Shown here piece by piece: positions 33,676 through 45,946 of a stretch of 64,000 nucleotides of DNA. Position 1 is the stretch's first letter. Each line of letters starts with the position of its first letter. Position numbers and translations under genes: made by a program. Below the pieces are notes generated by a model, which saw nothing but the letters and a program-made list of their open reading frames with translations, made no database searches and had not been told where the DNA came from. This DNA is from Macrostomum lignano. Lineage: Eukaryota. The stretch is taken from positions 1 through 64,000 of the forward strand of contig NIVC01001186.1 in NCBI GenBank assembly GCA_002269645.1. The letters run 5' to 3'.

Positions 33676-35226
33676 TTCTCTTGGCCATAGACAATAATCG
33701 ATCTTGCATGCTTCGGAGGCTTTGCTTTGACTGTTTGACTATATAATCAATACTGCGCACTTTGTGGTTTTGTTTGGCCATAGACTATATTCGATCCCGC
33801 ACAATTTTGTGGTTTTCTTTGGCCATAGACTATATTCGATCCCGCACAATTTTGTGATTTTGTTTGGCCATAGACATTAGTCGATCCTGCACACTTTTGG
33901 GGGTTTTGTTTGGCCATAGACAATAGTCGATCCTGCACACTTTTGGGGGTTTTGTTTGGCCATAGACAATAATCGATCCTGCATTCTTTTGTGGTTTTGT
34001 TTGGCCATAGACTATAGTCAATCCCGCACAATTTTGTGGTTTTGTTTGGCCATAGACAATAGTCAATCCCGCACAATTTTGTGGTTTTGTTTGGCCATAG
34101 ACTATAGTCAATCCCGCACAATTTTGTGGTTTTGTTTGGCCATAGACAATAGTCGATCCTGCACACTTTTGTGGTTTTGTTTGGACATAGACAATAGTCA
34201 ATCCCGCACACTTTTGTGATTTTGTTTGGCCATAGACTATATTCGATCCCGCACAATTTTGTGGTTTTGTTTGGCAATAGACAATAGTCAATCCCGCACA
34301 ATTTTGTGGTTTTGTTTGGCCATAGACAATAGTCAATCCCGCACAATTTTGTGGTTTTGTTTGGCCATAGACTATAGTCAATCCCGCACAATTTTGTGAT
34401 TTTGTTTGGCCATAGACATTAGTCGATCCTGCACACTTTTGGGGGTTTTGTTTGGCCATAGACAATAGTCGATCCTGCACACTTTTGGGGGTTTTGTTTG
34501 GCCATAGACAATAATCGATCCTGCATTCTTTTGGCGGTTTGTTTGGTCATAGACAAAATCGATCCTGCACACTTTTGTGGTTTTGTTTGGCCATAGACTA
34601 TAGTCAATCCCGCACAATTTTGTGGTTTTGTTTGGCCATAGACAATAGTCAATCCCGCACTTTGTGGTTTTGTTTGGCCATTGACAATAGTCAATCCTGC
34701 ACACTTTTGTGGTTTTGTTTGGCCATAGACAATAGTCAATCCTGCACACTTTTGTGGTTTTGTTTGGCCATTGACAATAGTCAATCCTGCACACTTTTGT
34801 GGTTTTGTTTGGCCATAGACAATAGTCAATCCTGCACACTTTTGGGGGTTTTGTTTGGCCATTGACAATAGTCAATCCTGCACACTTTTGGGGGTTTTGT
34901 TTGGCCATTGACAATAGTCAATCCTGCACACTTTTGGGGGTTTTGTTTGGCCATTGACAATAGTCAATCCTGCACACTTTTGTGGTTTTGTTTGGCCATA
35001 GACAATATTCGATCCTGCACACTTTTGTGGTTTTGTTTGGCCATAGACAATATTCGATCCTGCACACTTTTGTGGTTTTGTTTGGCCATAGACAATAGTC
35101 AATCCCGCACAATTCTGTGGTTTTGTTTGGCCATAGACAATATTTGATCCCGCACAATTCTGTGGTTTTTTTGGCCATAGACAATAGTCGATCCTGCACA
35201 CTTTTGTGGTTTTGTTTCGCCATAGA
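33676..35226. repeat. 45-bp minisatellite (~34 copies) between the two CUB-CTLD copies
   Basis: Unit TTTTGTGGTTTTGTTTGGCCATAGACAATAGTCAATCCCGCACAA. Confidence 0.95.
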
Positions 35227-35604
35227 TGATAATATATTTTGCTTTTTGGGTTAAACTGTATAAATGAATTGAACTTTTAAACGGCACGTAAAGACGATTA
35301 GTACTACATTCGGTATTACGAGTAGATGTAAACTTGCGGATGAACTAAAACAGATATGCTTGTTTTGTAAGATATAAAGTGCGTCGCAAATGTACACATT
35401 ACCAATAAAATATGCTACCGGATACCTAAGATTCCGTATGTACAGTAAAACAGTTTGCATAAATTGATTTTGATCTTCCATCAATCAATTTTGCTAATTC
35501 TCACGATGACCCAGATGACTTTGAATTTTAATTTCGTGCTCAACTTGCATGCAGTCTGCGTTGCTTTAGTAACTCAAAGTGAATTGTTAGGAAAACTTTG
35601 CTTA

Positions 35605-37511
35605 GGAACCGCCACTGCCCGCCGCACTGGACTAAGGCTCCCTGGAGTGCCAGCAACCAGAAGCTCTGCATCAGCCCCTCATCGGCTGATTTCCTTGGCC
35701 TGGTCGCTAACACTACCGCTGTCGCTGATTACGTCACGGCGCAATACATCTGCAACCTGCTGATGCCGCCTAGGGTGACAGCCTCTTGGTTTCATTGCAT
35801 TGTTTGTGAAAATAAGAGTCTCGTGTAGATTTTCTACTAAAAAAATGAACATTTGGTCTGCTTTTAGAAGAACTGTTGCCGTCCCAAAAAAATTATTTTG
35901 TCTGGCGCCAGTGGTGCTAAAGCCCCTGGTGCTAAAGACCCTGGTGCTAAAGACCCTGGTGCTAAAGACCCTGGTGCTAAAGCCTTTGTTGCTAAAGCCC
36001 CTGGTGCTAAAGCCCCTGTTGCTAAAGCCTTTATTGCTAAAGCCCCTGGTGCTGAAGCCCCTTGGTTCTAAAGCCCCTTGGTTCTAAAGCCCCTTGGTTC
36101 TAAAGCCCCTGGTGCTAAAGCCCCTTGGTTCTAAAGCCCCTGGTGCTAAAGCCCCTGGTGCTAAAGCCCCTGGTGCTAAAGCCGCTGGTGCTAAAGATCC
36201 TGGTGCTAAAGCCCCTGGTGCTAAAGATCCTGGTGCTAAAGTCCCTGGTGCTAAAGCCCCTGTTGCTAAAGCCCCTTGGTGCTAAAGTCCCTGGTGCTAA
36301 AGCCCCTGGTGCTAAAGACCCTGGTGCTAAATTCCCTGGTGCTAAATTCCCTGGTGCTAAATTCCCTGGTGCTAAAGCCCCTGGTGCTAAAGCCCCTGGT
36401 GCTAAATTCCCTGGTGCTAAAGCCGCTGGTGCTAAAGATCCTGGTGCTAAAGCCCCTGGTGCTAAAGCCGCTGGTGCTAAAGATCCTGGTGCTAAAGCCC
36501 CTGGTGCTAAAGATCCTGGTGCTAAAGCCCCTGGTGCTAAATTCCCTGGTGCTAAATTCCCTGGTGCTAAAGCCCCTGGTGCTAAAGCCCCTGGTGCTAA
36601 ATTCCCTGGTGCTAAAGCCGCTGGTGCTAAAGATCCTGGTGCTAAAGCCCCTGGTGCTAAAGATCCTGGTGCTAAAGTCCCTGGTGCTAAAGCCCCTGTT
36701 GCTAAAGCCCCTTGGTGCTAAATTCCCTGGTGCTAAATTCCCTGGTGCTAAATTCCCTGGTGCTAAAGCCCCTGGTGCTAAATTCCCTGGTGCTAAATTC
36801 CCTGGTGCTAAATTCCCTGGTGCTAAGTTCCCTGGTGCTAAATTCCCTGGTGCTAAAGCCCCTGGTGCTAAAGCCCTGGTGCTAAATTCCCTGGTGCTAA
36901 ATTCCCTGGTGCTAAATTCCCTGGTGCTAAATTCCCTGGTGCTAAATTCCCTGGTGCTAAATTCCCTGGTGCTAAATTCCCTGGTGCTAAATTCCCTGGT
37001 GCTAAAGCCCCTGGTGCTAAAGCCGGGCTACACCTGGTCAGCTGGGTCTGCCTGTCAGTCGGGTGAGCTGTTCGGCCTGCTCCGGCCAACCCCATCAGCC
37101 TACTTACTTCTGGATCGGCCAAACGAGCAGCACTACTTTGCCTGCTCAGCGCCCATAGGCGGCACTGATGACTTCTACCCAGTGTGGCTTGAGCAGTCGC
37201 TCTTTAAAGTGCAAGGTGACCCAGCTTCCAAGTCATCAGGAAGTGAATTTAAACAATTTTTCAGTGATAATTTCAACATCATTGTGTCCGGAATGATGCT
37301 CGCTTTGGTTGTCATGGTATCATTTGGCCTTGCCATGATTTATCGTCTTAGGATTCACAGCGGCATTCCGACTGGTGACAGGGTTGGAGCTGAACCACAT
37401 TCGCAAAGGCGACCCTCAAATGTTGACGATATCGAAGAATCAACAAATCATGACGCCAATCACAGTGTTGTTGATGCTCTAATTCCTAATCATCGTATAA
37501 TACAATATTAA
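35605..37511 (+). pseudogene. Truncated tandem duplicate of the CUB-CTLD-TM gene (no signal peptide/CUB; exon 2 deleted)
   Basis: 35605-~35870 matches 30997-~31270 with a 15-nt deletion (RMRAN lost). The homologous 15-bp intronic array (35905-37024) then joins directly to GGGCTACACCTGG of exon 3 (copy-1 position ~33116). TM is retained and the tail diverges after GIPTG. Confidence 0.8.
35905..37024. repeat. 15-bp minisatellite homologous to the 31289-32258 array
   Basis: Units GCTAAAGCCCCTGGT, GCTAAATTCCCTGGT, GCTAAAGATCCTGGT. Confidence 0.95.
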
Positions 37512-37749
37512 TCACATCTCTTTCATAAGTCACATCATATATCATAAATTTGTATATTTATGGTAATAATCATAACTCACCTTCCCTCAACTCCAGAAGC
37601 GCAGCAGCTCAGCCGCCCAATAAGAGTCCTCCATCATCTGCGTTTCATCGGCTCACCTGGACTCGCTGGCCCGGAACTCTTCTTTCAGGCAATTGTAGTG
37701 CGAATGTTCGCGATGCACTACTTACAAAAAGTAAAGTAATGCTGGGAAG

Positions 37750-38420
37750 TGACGAGACCTGAGAGAAATGAGACAGGGTAGAGATGAGACAGAAGAGAGA
37801 TGAGACAGGGAAGAGATAAGACAGGAGAGAGATGACACAGGGTAGAGATGAGACAGGGGAGAGATGAGACAGGGGAGAGATGACAAGGGTAGAGATGAGA
37901 CAGGGGAGAGATAAGACAGGAGAGAGATGAGACAGGGAAGAGATGAGACAGGAGAGAAATGAGACATGGGAGAGAGATGAGAAAAGGTAGAGGTGAAACA
38001 CTGGAGAGATGAGACACGGGAGAGACGGGAGAGATGAGACACGGGAGAGACGGGAGAGATTATAGACACTGGAGAGATGAGACACTGGAGAGATAAGACA
38101 ATGGAGAGATGAGACATGGGAGAGATGAGACACTAGAGAGGTGATACCCTGGAGAAATAAGACACTGAAGAGATGAGATATGGGAGAGATGAGACACTGG
38201 AGAGATGAGACACTGGAGCGATGAGACACTGGAGAGATGAGACACTGGAGAGATGAGACACTGGAGCGATGAGACACTGGAGAGATGAGACACTGGAGAG
38301 ATGAGACACTGGAGCGATGAGACACTGGAGAGATGAGACACTGGAGAGATGAGACACTGGAGAGATGAGACACTGGAGCGATGAGACACTGGAGAGATGA
38401 GACACTGGAGAGATGAGACA
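37750..38420. repeat. Purine-rich ~16-bp minisatellite
   Basis: Unit GAGATGAGACACTGGA. Confidence 0.9.
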
Positions 38421-38445
38421 CGTGATGATACATGTAGATGAGACC

Positions 38446-38900
38446 AATCGAGGTACTGCTGACAACCGAGGAACTGCTAACAATCGAGGTACTGCTAACA
38501 ATCGAAGTACTGCTAACAATCGATGTACTGCTAACAATCGAAGTACTGCTAACAATCGATGTACTGCTAACAATCGATGTACTGCTAACAATCGATGTAC
38601 TGCTAACAATCGAAGTACTGCTAACAATCGATGTACTGCTAACAATCGATGTACTGCTAACAATCGATGTACTGCTAACAATCGAAGTACTGCTAACAAT
38701 CGATGTACTGCTAACAATCGATGTACTGCTAACAATCGAAGTACTGCTAACAATCGATGTACTGCTAACAATCGATGTACTGCTAACAATCGATGTACTG
38801 CTAACAATCGATGTACTGCTAACAATCGATGTACTGCTAACAATCGATGTACTGCTAACAATCGAAGTACTGCTGACAATCAAGACGCTGCTGACAATCA
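38446..38900. repeat. 18-bp minisatellite (~24 copies)
   Basis: Unit AATCGATGTACTGCTAAC. Confidence 0.95.
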
Positions 38901-39971
38901 ATGCGCTGCTGCTCCGTCATCTGACTAAATCTAAAATTCTAGTGCACACTTGAACACCAATCGAAAGGCTTTAATTTAAGTAAAACATTTAAAATATACC
39001 TGAAATGTAATTTCCTACTTTTAGCTTAATGGCTGCACACAAGGACGACTGAAGCATATTTGCTATCTACTTAAAATAGTAATCCTTGCTACCGCAACCT
39101 CAACAATCACGAAGTGAGAATGTTGTTCAATAGTAATGTTTTCAAAATTTACATTATTTATTGTTTGGTATTGATGTTCGTTGAACTACAAGCGTATAGC
39201 GTAAATAACAGCGCAAATTAGTACATGCAATCGCTGACGCATGGGAATAAAAGTAATTTGGGATGAACATTTCGGGTTCTTCATCGAACTCTAAATAAAT
39301 AATTGTGTGTTTGAGGAGAGAAATAATCAACGACGTGCATAAATCGTTAACCAAAATGAGTAACAAGTGCTAAACACGCGGATCTATTAATGTGTGTAAG
39401 AGTGCGATCATGAGACAAGCGCATCTTCTAATGAGTAAGAGGAAAGGATTAACGTCGAGTTTTTCAAGCGCTCGAGAGTAAAAATTTTGTGCACCATCTT
39501 GTAAAGCTGCGCTCTGGTGAATAATGCATGAGAGGAAAGCGATAGAGCAATCAAAGTTTACCTAAAGCGGAACAAGGGAAAAACAAAAAGCTACAAGCAA
39601 AACGATTAAAAAACCGAATAAACCAACGCAATCTTCATTTGACGAGAGGTACAGATACAGATACAGACCCGTGCAGTTCTTATCTAGAGTGCGAATCAAG
39701 TATTAATTACGTATAAAAGTATCAGTTTGAGAACTACTTAAGTAAAATATGAAATATGCTCTGAAATAAGTTAATAGTCTTTTTTATTCGATTCGGTTCG
39801 AAAAACGGTTCGAAATTAAAACTAAATTAAAGTACACACAGTTCTGCGAATTGTCTGTGAAAATTTACCATTAGCAGCTTTTGCAGACTGCCAGTCGCGG
39901 ACAGGTCTCTATGGAGGACAGCTCTGACGCACACTCGTTCGTGTACCAGCCGCATGATAGCTCCGCTGCTG

Positions 39972-41078
39972 CTAAGTGTTTATATTCAAATCTCTCATCA
40001 GATTTCCAATGTCAGGCCGCAGTGCCGGAAGTTGAACCTCGGCCCAGATAGGAGCATGCTGCTTTGTGTAATTGCCTAGCAGCTCTCTCATTATTTTCTT
40101 TGTATCAAAGCTTGGCGTAGTCTGTAGTCTCGAGCGTGGTGGCAAGATCAGTGCGAAGTTGTCGATTGGATGTTTTACACTCGGAGCGCTTGTACTGCCA
40201 TCTTCATTGCTAAAGGCTAGAAAAATGTTTGGATGAATCTCATGTCGAAGGTCTTCAGGCCCAATTTTCCAATCGCCACCGATCATGATCAAGTCTGGAG
40301 GTTGGGTTTCGCGGCAAAGCTGATCAAGCTTTTCTTTTAAATTTCTATAAGATGCTTGCTTTTTCTCTTCATTTTTGCTTGGCAGATGTACAGAGAAGTA
40401 GGCCAAGATCATGCCATTGGCTCTCATCTTGAGCTTCGTTAACAGATAGCGGCCCTTGTCGGATGCCGTGAAACACTCATGCTGCAGCTGCCAGACTTCA
40501 GTATTAAAGGCTGTAACGATGGTATCCGGTGGATAACGATTTAGAATGTGGGAGACACATTCCCAATCGGGGCCTAGCAAGTCACAAAATGGTTTCAGGT
40601 TACCCTGTCCGCTCCATTCAGAAACTGTGATTATGCTGAGCTGAGACTTCTGCTTGGCTGACAGAAGTTTTTGGTAACACATTCGAACTTCTTTTTTTAG
40701 CTCTGCCGCAGCTTCCTTCGCAGTTGTCACCTGACCTGCCGGCTGACCTGCCGCCTCTGCCGCCTGACCTGCCGCCTGACCTGCCGCCTGACCTGCCGCC
40801 TGACTTGTCTCATTCCCTGCCTGTTCTGGCTCGAACCACCAATAATTTTTTGTCCGTGTCAACGCATTTACCACATTTCTTAACGCAATTCCCACCTTCT
40901 TCCAATACCCACTCGCCTCATGTAACAACACGTGCTGCGTTGCCGCTGAAAACGCTATTTCAATCAGTCCACTAGGAAGCAAGTCTCCTTTAAGATTTCC
41001 TATTCGACTTGAACCATCCGCGTTGATGGACAGCGCCAAGAAACCAGTGCAGTCAGAGTTGGCTGGCTCGGTCGCCAT
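39972..41078 (-). CDS. Intronless stand-alone endonuclease/exonuclease/phosphatase (EEP, DNase I-like fold) protein, 368 aa
   Basis: EEP motifs in canonical order: LSINADG (N), VLLHE (E), YFSVHLPS (H), IMIGGDWK (D), PIDNF (D), KQHAPIWAEV (H). Open, non-repetitive frame apart from a short QAAG repeat; in-frame TGA 6 nt upstream of the ATG. Confidence 0.7.
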   Translation of the reverse strand: MATEPANSDCTGFLALSINADGSSRIGNLKGDLLPSGLIEIAFSAATQHVLLHEASGYWKKVGIALRNVVNALTRTKNYWWFEPEQAGNETSQAAGQAAGQAAGQAAEAAGQPAGQVTTAKEAAAELKKEVRMCYQKLLSAKQKSQLSIITVSEWSGQGNLKPFCDLLGPDWECVSHILNRYPPDTIVTAFNTEVWQLQHECFTASDKGRYLLTKLKMRANGMILAYFSVHLPSKNEEKKQASYRNLKEKLDQLCRETQPPDLIMIGGDWKIGPEDLRHEIHPNIFLAFSNEDGSTSAPSVKHPIDNFALILPPRSRLQTTPSFDTKKIMRELLGNYTKQHAPIWAEVQLPALRPDIGNLMRDLNINT

Positions 41079-41257
41079 GCTTCACGGCCTTGCGGGTGAT
41101 GAAAATACCGGTCACCGTCAGACAGTCCCTGGTCCCAAAGTCACGGATCTCAGTTCCTCCAGCACTAAGGCCACCTTTTCTGGAAAAATCGTAAAAACGT
41201 ATCATGAGAAAGAATTCAAACTCGTATCTAACAGTTTTTACTTGCGGTAAAAAAAAC

Positions 41258-43785
41258 ACAGAACACTGTCCAATGTGAGGCATGTGCTGTGTACTGGCAC
41301 ACAGAACACTGTCCAATGTGAGGCATGTGCTGTGTACTGGCACACAGAACACTGTCCAATATGAGGCATGTGCTGTGTACTGGCACACAGAACACTGTCC
41401 AATATGAGGCATGTGCTGTGTACTGGCACACAGAACACTGTCCAATATGAGGCATGTGCTGTGTACTGGCACACAGAACACTGTCCAATATGAGGCATGT
41501 GCTGTGTACTGGCACACAGAACACTGTCCAATATGAGGCATGTGCTGTGTACTGGCACACAGAACACTGTCCAATATGAGGCATGTGCTGTGTACTGGCA
41601 CACAGAACACTGTCCAATATGAGGCATGTGCTGTGTACTGGCACACAGAACACTGTCCAGTATGAGGCATGTGCTGTGTACTGGCACACAGAAAACTGTC
41701 CAGTGCGAGGCATGTGCTGTGTACTGGCACACAGAACACTGTCCAGTATGAGGCATGTGCTGTGTACTGGCACACAGAAAACTGTCCAGTGCGAGGCATG
41801 TGCTGTGTACTGGCACACAGAACACTGTCCAGTATGAGGCATGTGCTGTGTACTGGCACACAGAACACTGTCCAATATGAGGCATGTGCTGTGTACTGGC
41901 ACACAGAACACTGTCCAATATGAGGCATGTGCTGTGTACTGGCACACAGAACACTGTCCAGTATGAGGCATGTGCTGTGTACTGGCACACAGAACACTGT
42001 CCAATATGAGGCATGTGCTGTGTACTGGCACACAGAACACTGTCCAGTATGAGGCATGTGCTGTGTACTGGCACACAGAACACTGTCCAGTATGAGGCAT
42101 GTGCTGTGTACTGGCACACAGAACACTGTCCAATATGAGGCATGTGCTGTGTACTGGCACACAGAACACTGTCCAGTATGAGGCATGTGCTGTGTACTGG
42201 CACACAGAACACTGTCCAATATGAGGCATGTGCTGTGTACTGGCACACAGAACACTGTCCAATATGAGGCATGTGCTGTGTACTGGCACACAGAACACTG
42301 TCCAGTATGAGGCATGTGCTGTGTACTGGCACACAGAACACTGTCCAGTATGAGGCATGTGCTGTGTACTGGCACACAGAACACTGTCCAATATGAGGCA
42401 TGTGCTGTGTACTGGCACACAGAACACTGTCCAGTATGAGGCATGTGCTGTGTACTGGCACACAGAACACTGTCCAGTATGAGGCATGTGCTGTGTACTG
42501 GCACACAGAACACTGTCCAGTATGAGGCATGTGCTGTGTACTGGCACACATAACACTGTCCAATATGAGGCATGTGCTGTGTACTGGCACACAGAACACT
42601 GTCCAGTATGAGGCATGTGCTGTGTACTGGCACACAGAACACTGTCCAGTATGAGGCATGTGCTGTGTACTGGCACACATAACACTGTCCAGTATGAGGC
42701 ATGTGCTGTGTACTGGCACACATAACACTGTCCAGTATGAGGCATGTGCTGTGTACTGGCACACATAACACTGTCCAATATGAGGCATGTGCTGTGTACT
42801 GGCACACAGAACACTGTCCAGTATGAGGCATGTGCTGTGTACTGGCACACATAACACTGTCCAATATGAGGCATGAGCTGTGTACTGGCACACAGAACAC
42901 TGTCCAATATGAGGCATGTGCTGTGTACTGGCACACAGAACACTGTCCAGTATGAGGCATGTGCTGTGTACTGGCACACAGAACACTGTCCAATATGAGG
43001 CATGTGCTGTGTACTGGCACACATAACACTGTCCAGTATGAGGCATGTGCTGTGTACTGGCACACAGAACACTGTCCAATATGAGACATGTGCTGTGTAC
43101 TGGCACACAGAACACTGTCCAATATGAGGCATGTGCTGTGTACTGGCACACAGAACACTGTCCAGTATGAGGCATGTGCTGTGTACTGGCACACAGAACA
43201 CTGTCCAATATGAGGCATGTGCTGTGTACTGGCACACAGAACACTGTCCAATATGAGGCATGTGCTGTGTACTGGCACACAGAACACTGTCCAGTGCGAG
43301 GCATGTGCTGTGTACTGGCACACAGAACACTGTCCAATATGAGGCATGTGCTGTGTACTGGCACACAGAACACTGTCCAGTGCGAGGCATGTGCTGTGTA
43401 CTGGCACACAGAACACTGTCCAGTGCGAGGGATGTGCTGTGTACTGGCACACAGAACACTGTCCAATATGAGGCATGTGCTGTGTACTGGCACACAGAAC
43501 ACTGTCCAGTATGAGGCATGTGCTGTGTACTGGCACACAGAACACTGTCCAGTATGAGGCATGTGCTGTGTACTGGCACACATAACACTGTCCAATATGA
43601 GGCATGTGCTGTGTACTGGCACACAGAACACTGTCCAGTGCGAGGCATGTGCTGTGTACTGGCACACAGAACACTGTCCAGTATGAGGCATGTGCTGTGT
43701 ACTGGCACACAGAACACTGTCCAATATGAGGCATGTGCTGTGTACTGGCACACAGAACACTGTCAAATATGAGACATGTGCTGTT
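41258..43785. repeat. 43-bp satellite, ~58 highly homogeneous copies
   Basis: Unit GAACACTGTCCAATATGAGGCATGTGCTGTGTACTGGCACACA. Confidence 0.97.
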
Positions 43786-44439
43786 TACTATCTGTGTACT
43801 AGACCCCTGTCCCTGATCTTCTGGCACTGATCCCAGTCTCTGATCCCTGACCCCAGTCCCTGACCCCAGTCTCTGATCCCAGTCTCTGATCTCCGATCCC
43901 AGTCCCTGCTCCTAGCACACAGAGCACTGTCCCCAGACACTTCCATCAGCAAAGACAGTCAGGAGGCCAATCACTCACCTGAGCTGTCAGCAATTGTCGT
44001 GGCGAATCGGCACAGCAACTTGGGGAGTCCAGGCAGTCTCTGCAACACCCAAGCCGAAAAATGCAATATACTAATATGAAATACTGTATATGAAAATCTT
44101 GCTTGCTTGCTTTGCTTGCTTGCAATCGATTGAGGTTCCGATTGAGGATCGACGTGAGATTCCTGTCCAATGGGAACAGCTGAATCTGGACTCACGGCTG
44201 CAGCGGCGGAGAGAGGACGGTGGGAGACGGTCAGCCGCACCCCTCCTGATACAAGGCAGCAGCCCTGCACAACAGATGGGGTGGGGCAGGTCTCCCTAAC
44301 AGCTAACTCTCGTAGTGTTTTTGCTGTACAAGGAACCGGGGCTGCGTCGCCACTTATCTAAACTCTTTGCAGACAATGAAAAATTGTCAATACATGTTTT
44401 TAAAGTACAATATTTAATAAGTTATTAGCTATTGAAAAT

Positions 44440-45605
44440 GCTCTGTAGTAGTCTGTATTCTATGTGCTTTGTAGCAGTCTGTATTCTGTGGTCTGTAGTA
44501 GTCTGTATTCTGTGGTCTGTAGCAGTCTGTATTCTGTGGTCTGTACCAGTCTGTATTCTGAATGGTCTGTACCAGTCTGTATTCTGTGGTCTGTAGCAGT
44601 CTGTATTCTGTAGTCTGTAGCAGTCTGCATTCTGTGGTCTGTAGCAGTCTGCATTCTGTGGTCTGTACCAGTCTGTATTCTGAATGGTCTGTACCAGTCT
44701 GTATTCTGTGGTCTGTAGCAGTCTGTATTCTGTGGTCTGTAGCAGTCTGTATTCTGTGGTCTGTAGCAGTCTGTATTCTGTGGTCTGTAGCAGTCTGCAT
44801 TCTGTGGTCTGTAGCAGTCTGCATTCTGTGGTCTGTAGCAGTCTGTATTCTGAATGGTCTGTAGCAGTCTGTATTCTGTGGTCTGTAGCAGTCTGCATTC
44901 TGTGGTCTGTAGTAGTCTGTATTCTGTGGTCTGTAGCAGTCTGCATTCTGTGGTCTGTAGCAGTCTGTATTCTGTGGTCTGTAGCAGTCTGCATTCTGTG
45001 GTCTGTAGCAGTCTGTATTCTGTGGTCTGTAGCAGTATGCATTCTGTGGTCTGTAGCAGTCTGTATTCTGAATGGTCTGTACCAGTCTGTATTCTGTGGT
45101 CTGTAGTAGTCTGTAGTCTGTGGTCTGTATTAGTCTGTATTCTGCATGGTCTGCACCAGTCTGTATTCTGAATGGTCTGTACCAGTCTGTATTCTGTGGT
45201 CTGTAGTAGTCTGTAGTCTGTGGTCTGTATTAGTCTGTATTCTGTACGGTCTGCACCAGTCTGTATTCTGTACGGTCTGCACCAGTCTGTATTCTGCATG
45301 GTCTGCACCAGTCTGTATTCTGTACGGTCTGCACCAGTCTGTATTCTGTAAAGTCTGCACCAGTCTGTATTCTGTACGGTCTGCACCAGTCTGTATTCTG
45401 TATGGTCTGCACCAGTCTGTATTCTGTACGGTCTGCACCAGTCTGTATTCTGTAAAGTCTGCACCAGTCTGTATTCTGTATGGTCTGCACCAGTCTGTAT
45501 TCTGTACGGTGTGCACCAGTCTGTATTCTGTATGGTCTGCACCAGTCTGTATTCTGTATGGTCTGCACCAGTCTGTATTCTGTATGGTCTGCACCAGTCT
45601 GTATT
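44440..45605. repeat. 24-bp minisatellite with two sub-arrays
   Basis: Unit GTCTGTATTCTGTGGTCTGTAGCA, changing to GTCTGTATTCTGTACGGTCTGCACCA after ~45230. Confidence 0.95.
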
Positions 45606-45946
45606 AGTAGTAATAGAAAATTTCGGTCATACCCTATTGTCAATTGCAAAATACGTAATAAGGTACCCGTCAGAAATTTTATTACGCACATACCTTATTT
45701 TTCTATTAAAAATTAAATAGTAAGGTACCGAACCAAATGGTAGGGTATTCTACATGCAGGAATTCCATCTACACTGACACCGTACCCACAAAGAATTCAA
45801 AAGAAGAAAAGATCTCAAGTTGGATCAACCAACCAACTTGTCCGAAAACGCAATATAGGTATATTTCTGCATTACAAGAACAAAGGCAACACATGTGCTG
45901 CAAAGCGTCGTAGGCAAAAATACGCGCGCCGAAACTCATTTCCTCG

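Noticed and set aside
33747-35223. Cys-rich repeat ORFs (CGIDYCLWPNKTTK etc.)
   Set aside because: Artefacts of the 45-bp minisatellite.
37645-38953. Mucin-like SSTSIV / NRCTAN ORFs
   Set aside because: Produced by the 16-bp and 18-bp arrays; no signal peptide or unique flanking coding sequence.
41258-43785. CRISPR-like regular repeat arrays (here and at the other minisatellites)
   Set aside because: Units are head-to-tail with no unique spacers, there are no cas genes, and the context is eukaryotic.
41053-43827. Three 840-920-aa Cys/His-rich ORFs
   Set aside because: They are simply the stop-free 43-bp satellite read in three frames; no unique domain and no frame preference.
43925-44361. 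Short ORFs and (GCTT)n run between the satellites
   Set aside because: No domain similarity or consistent splice model.
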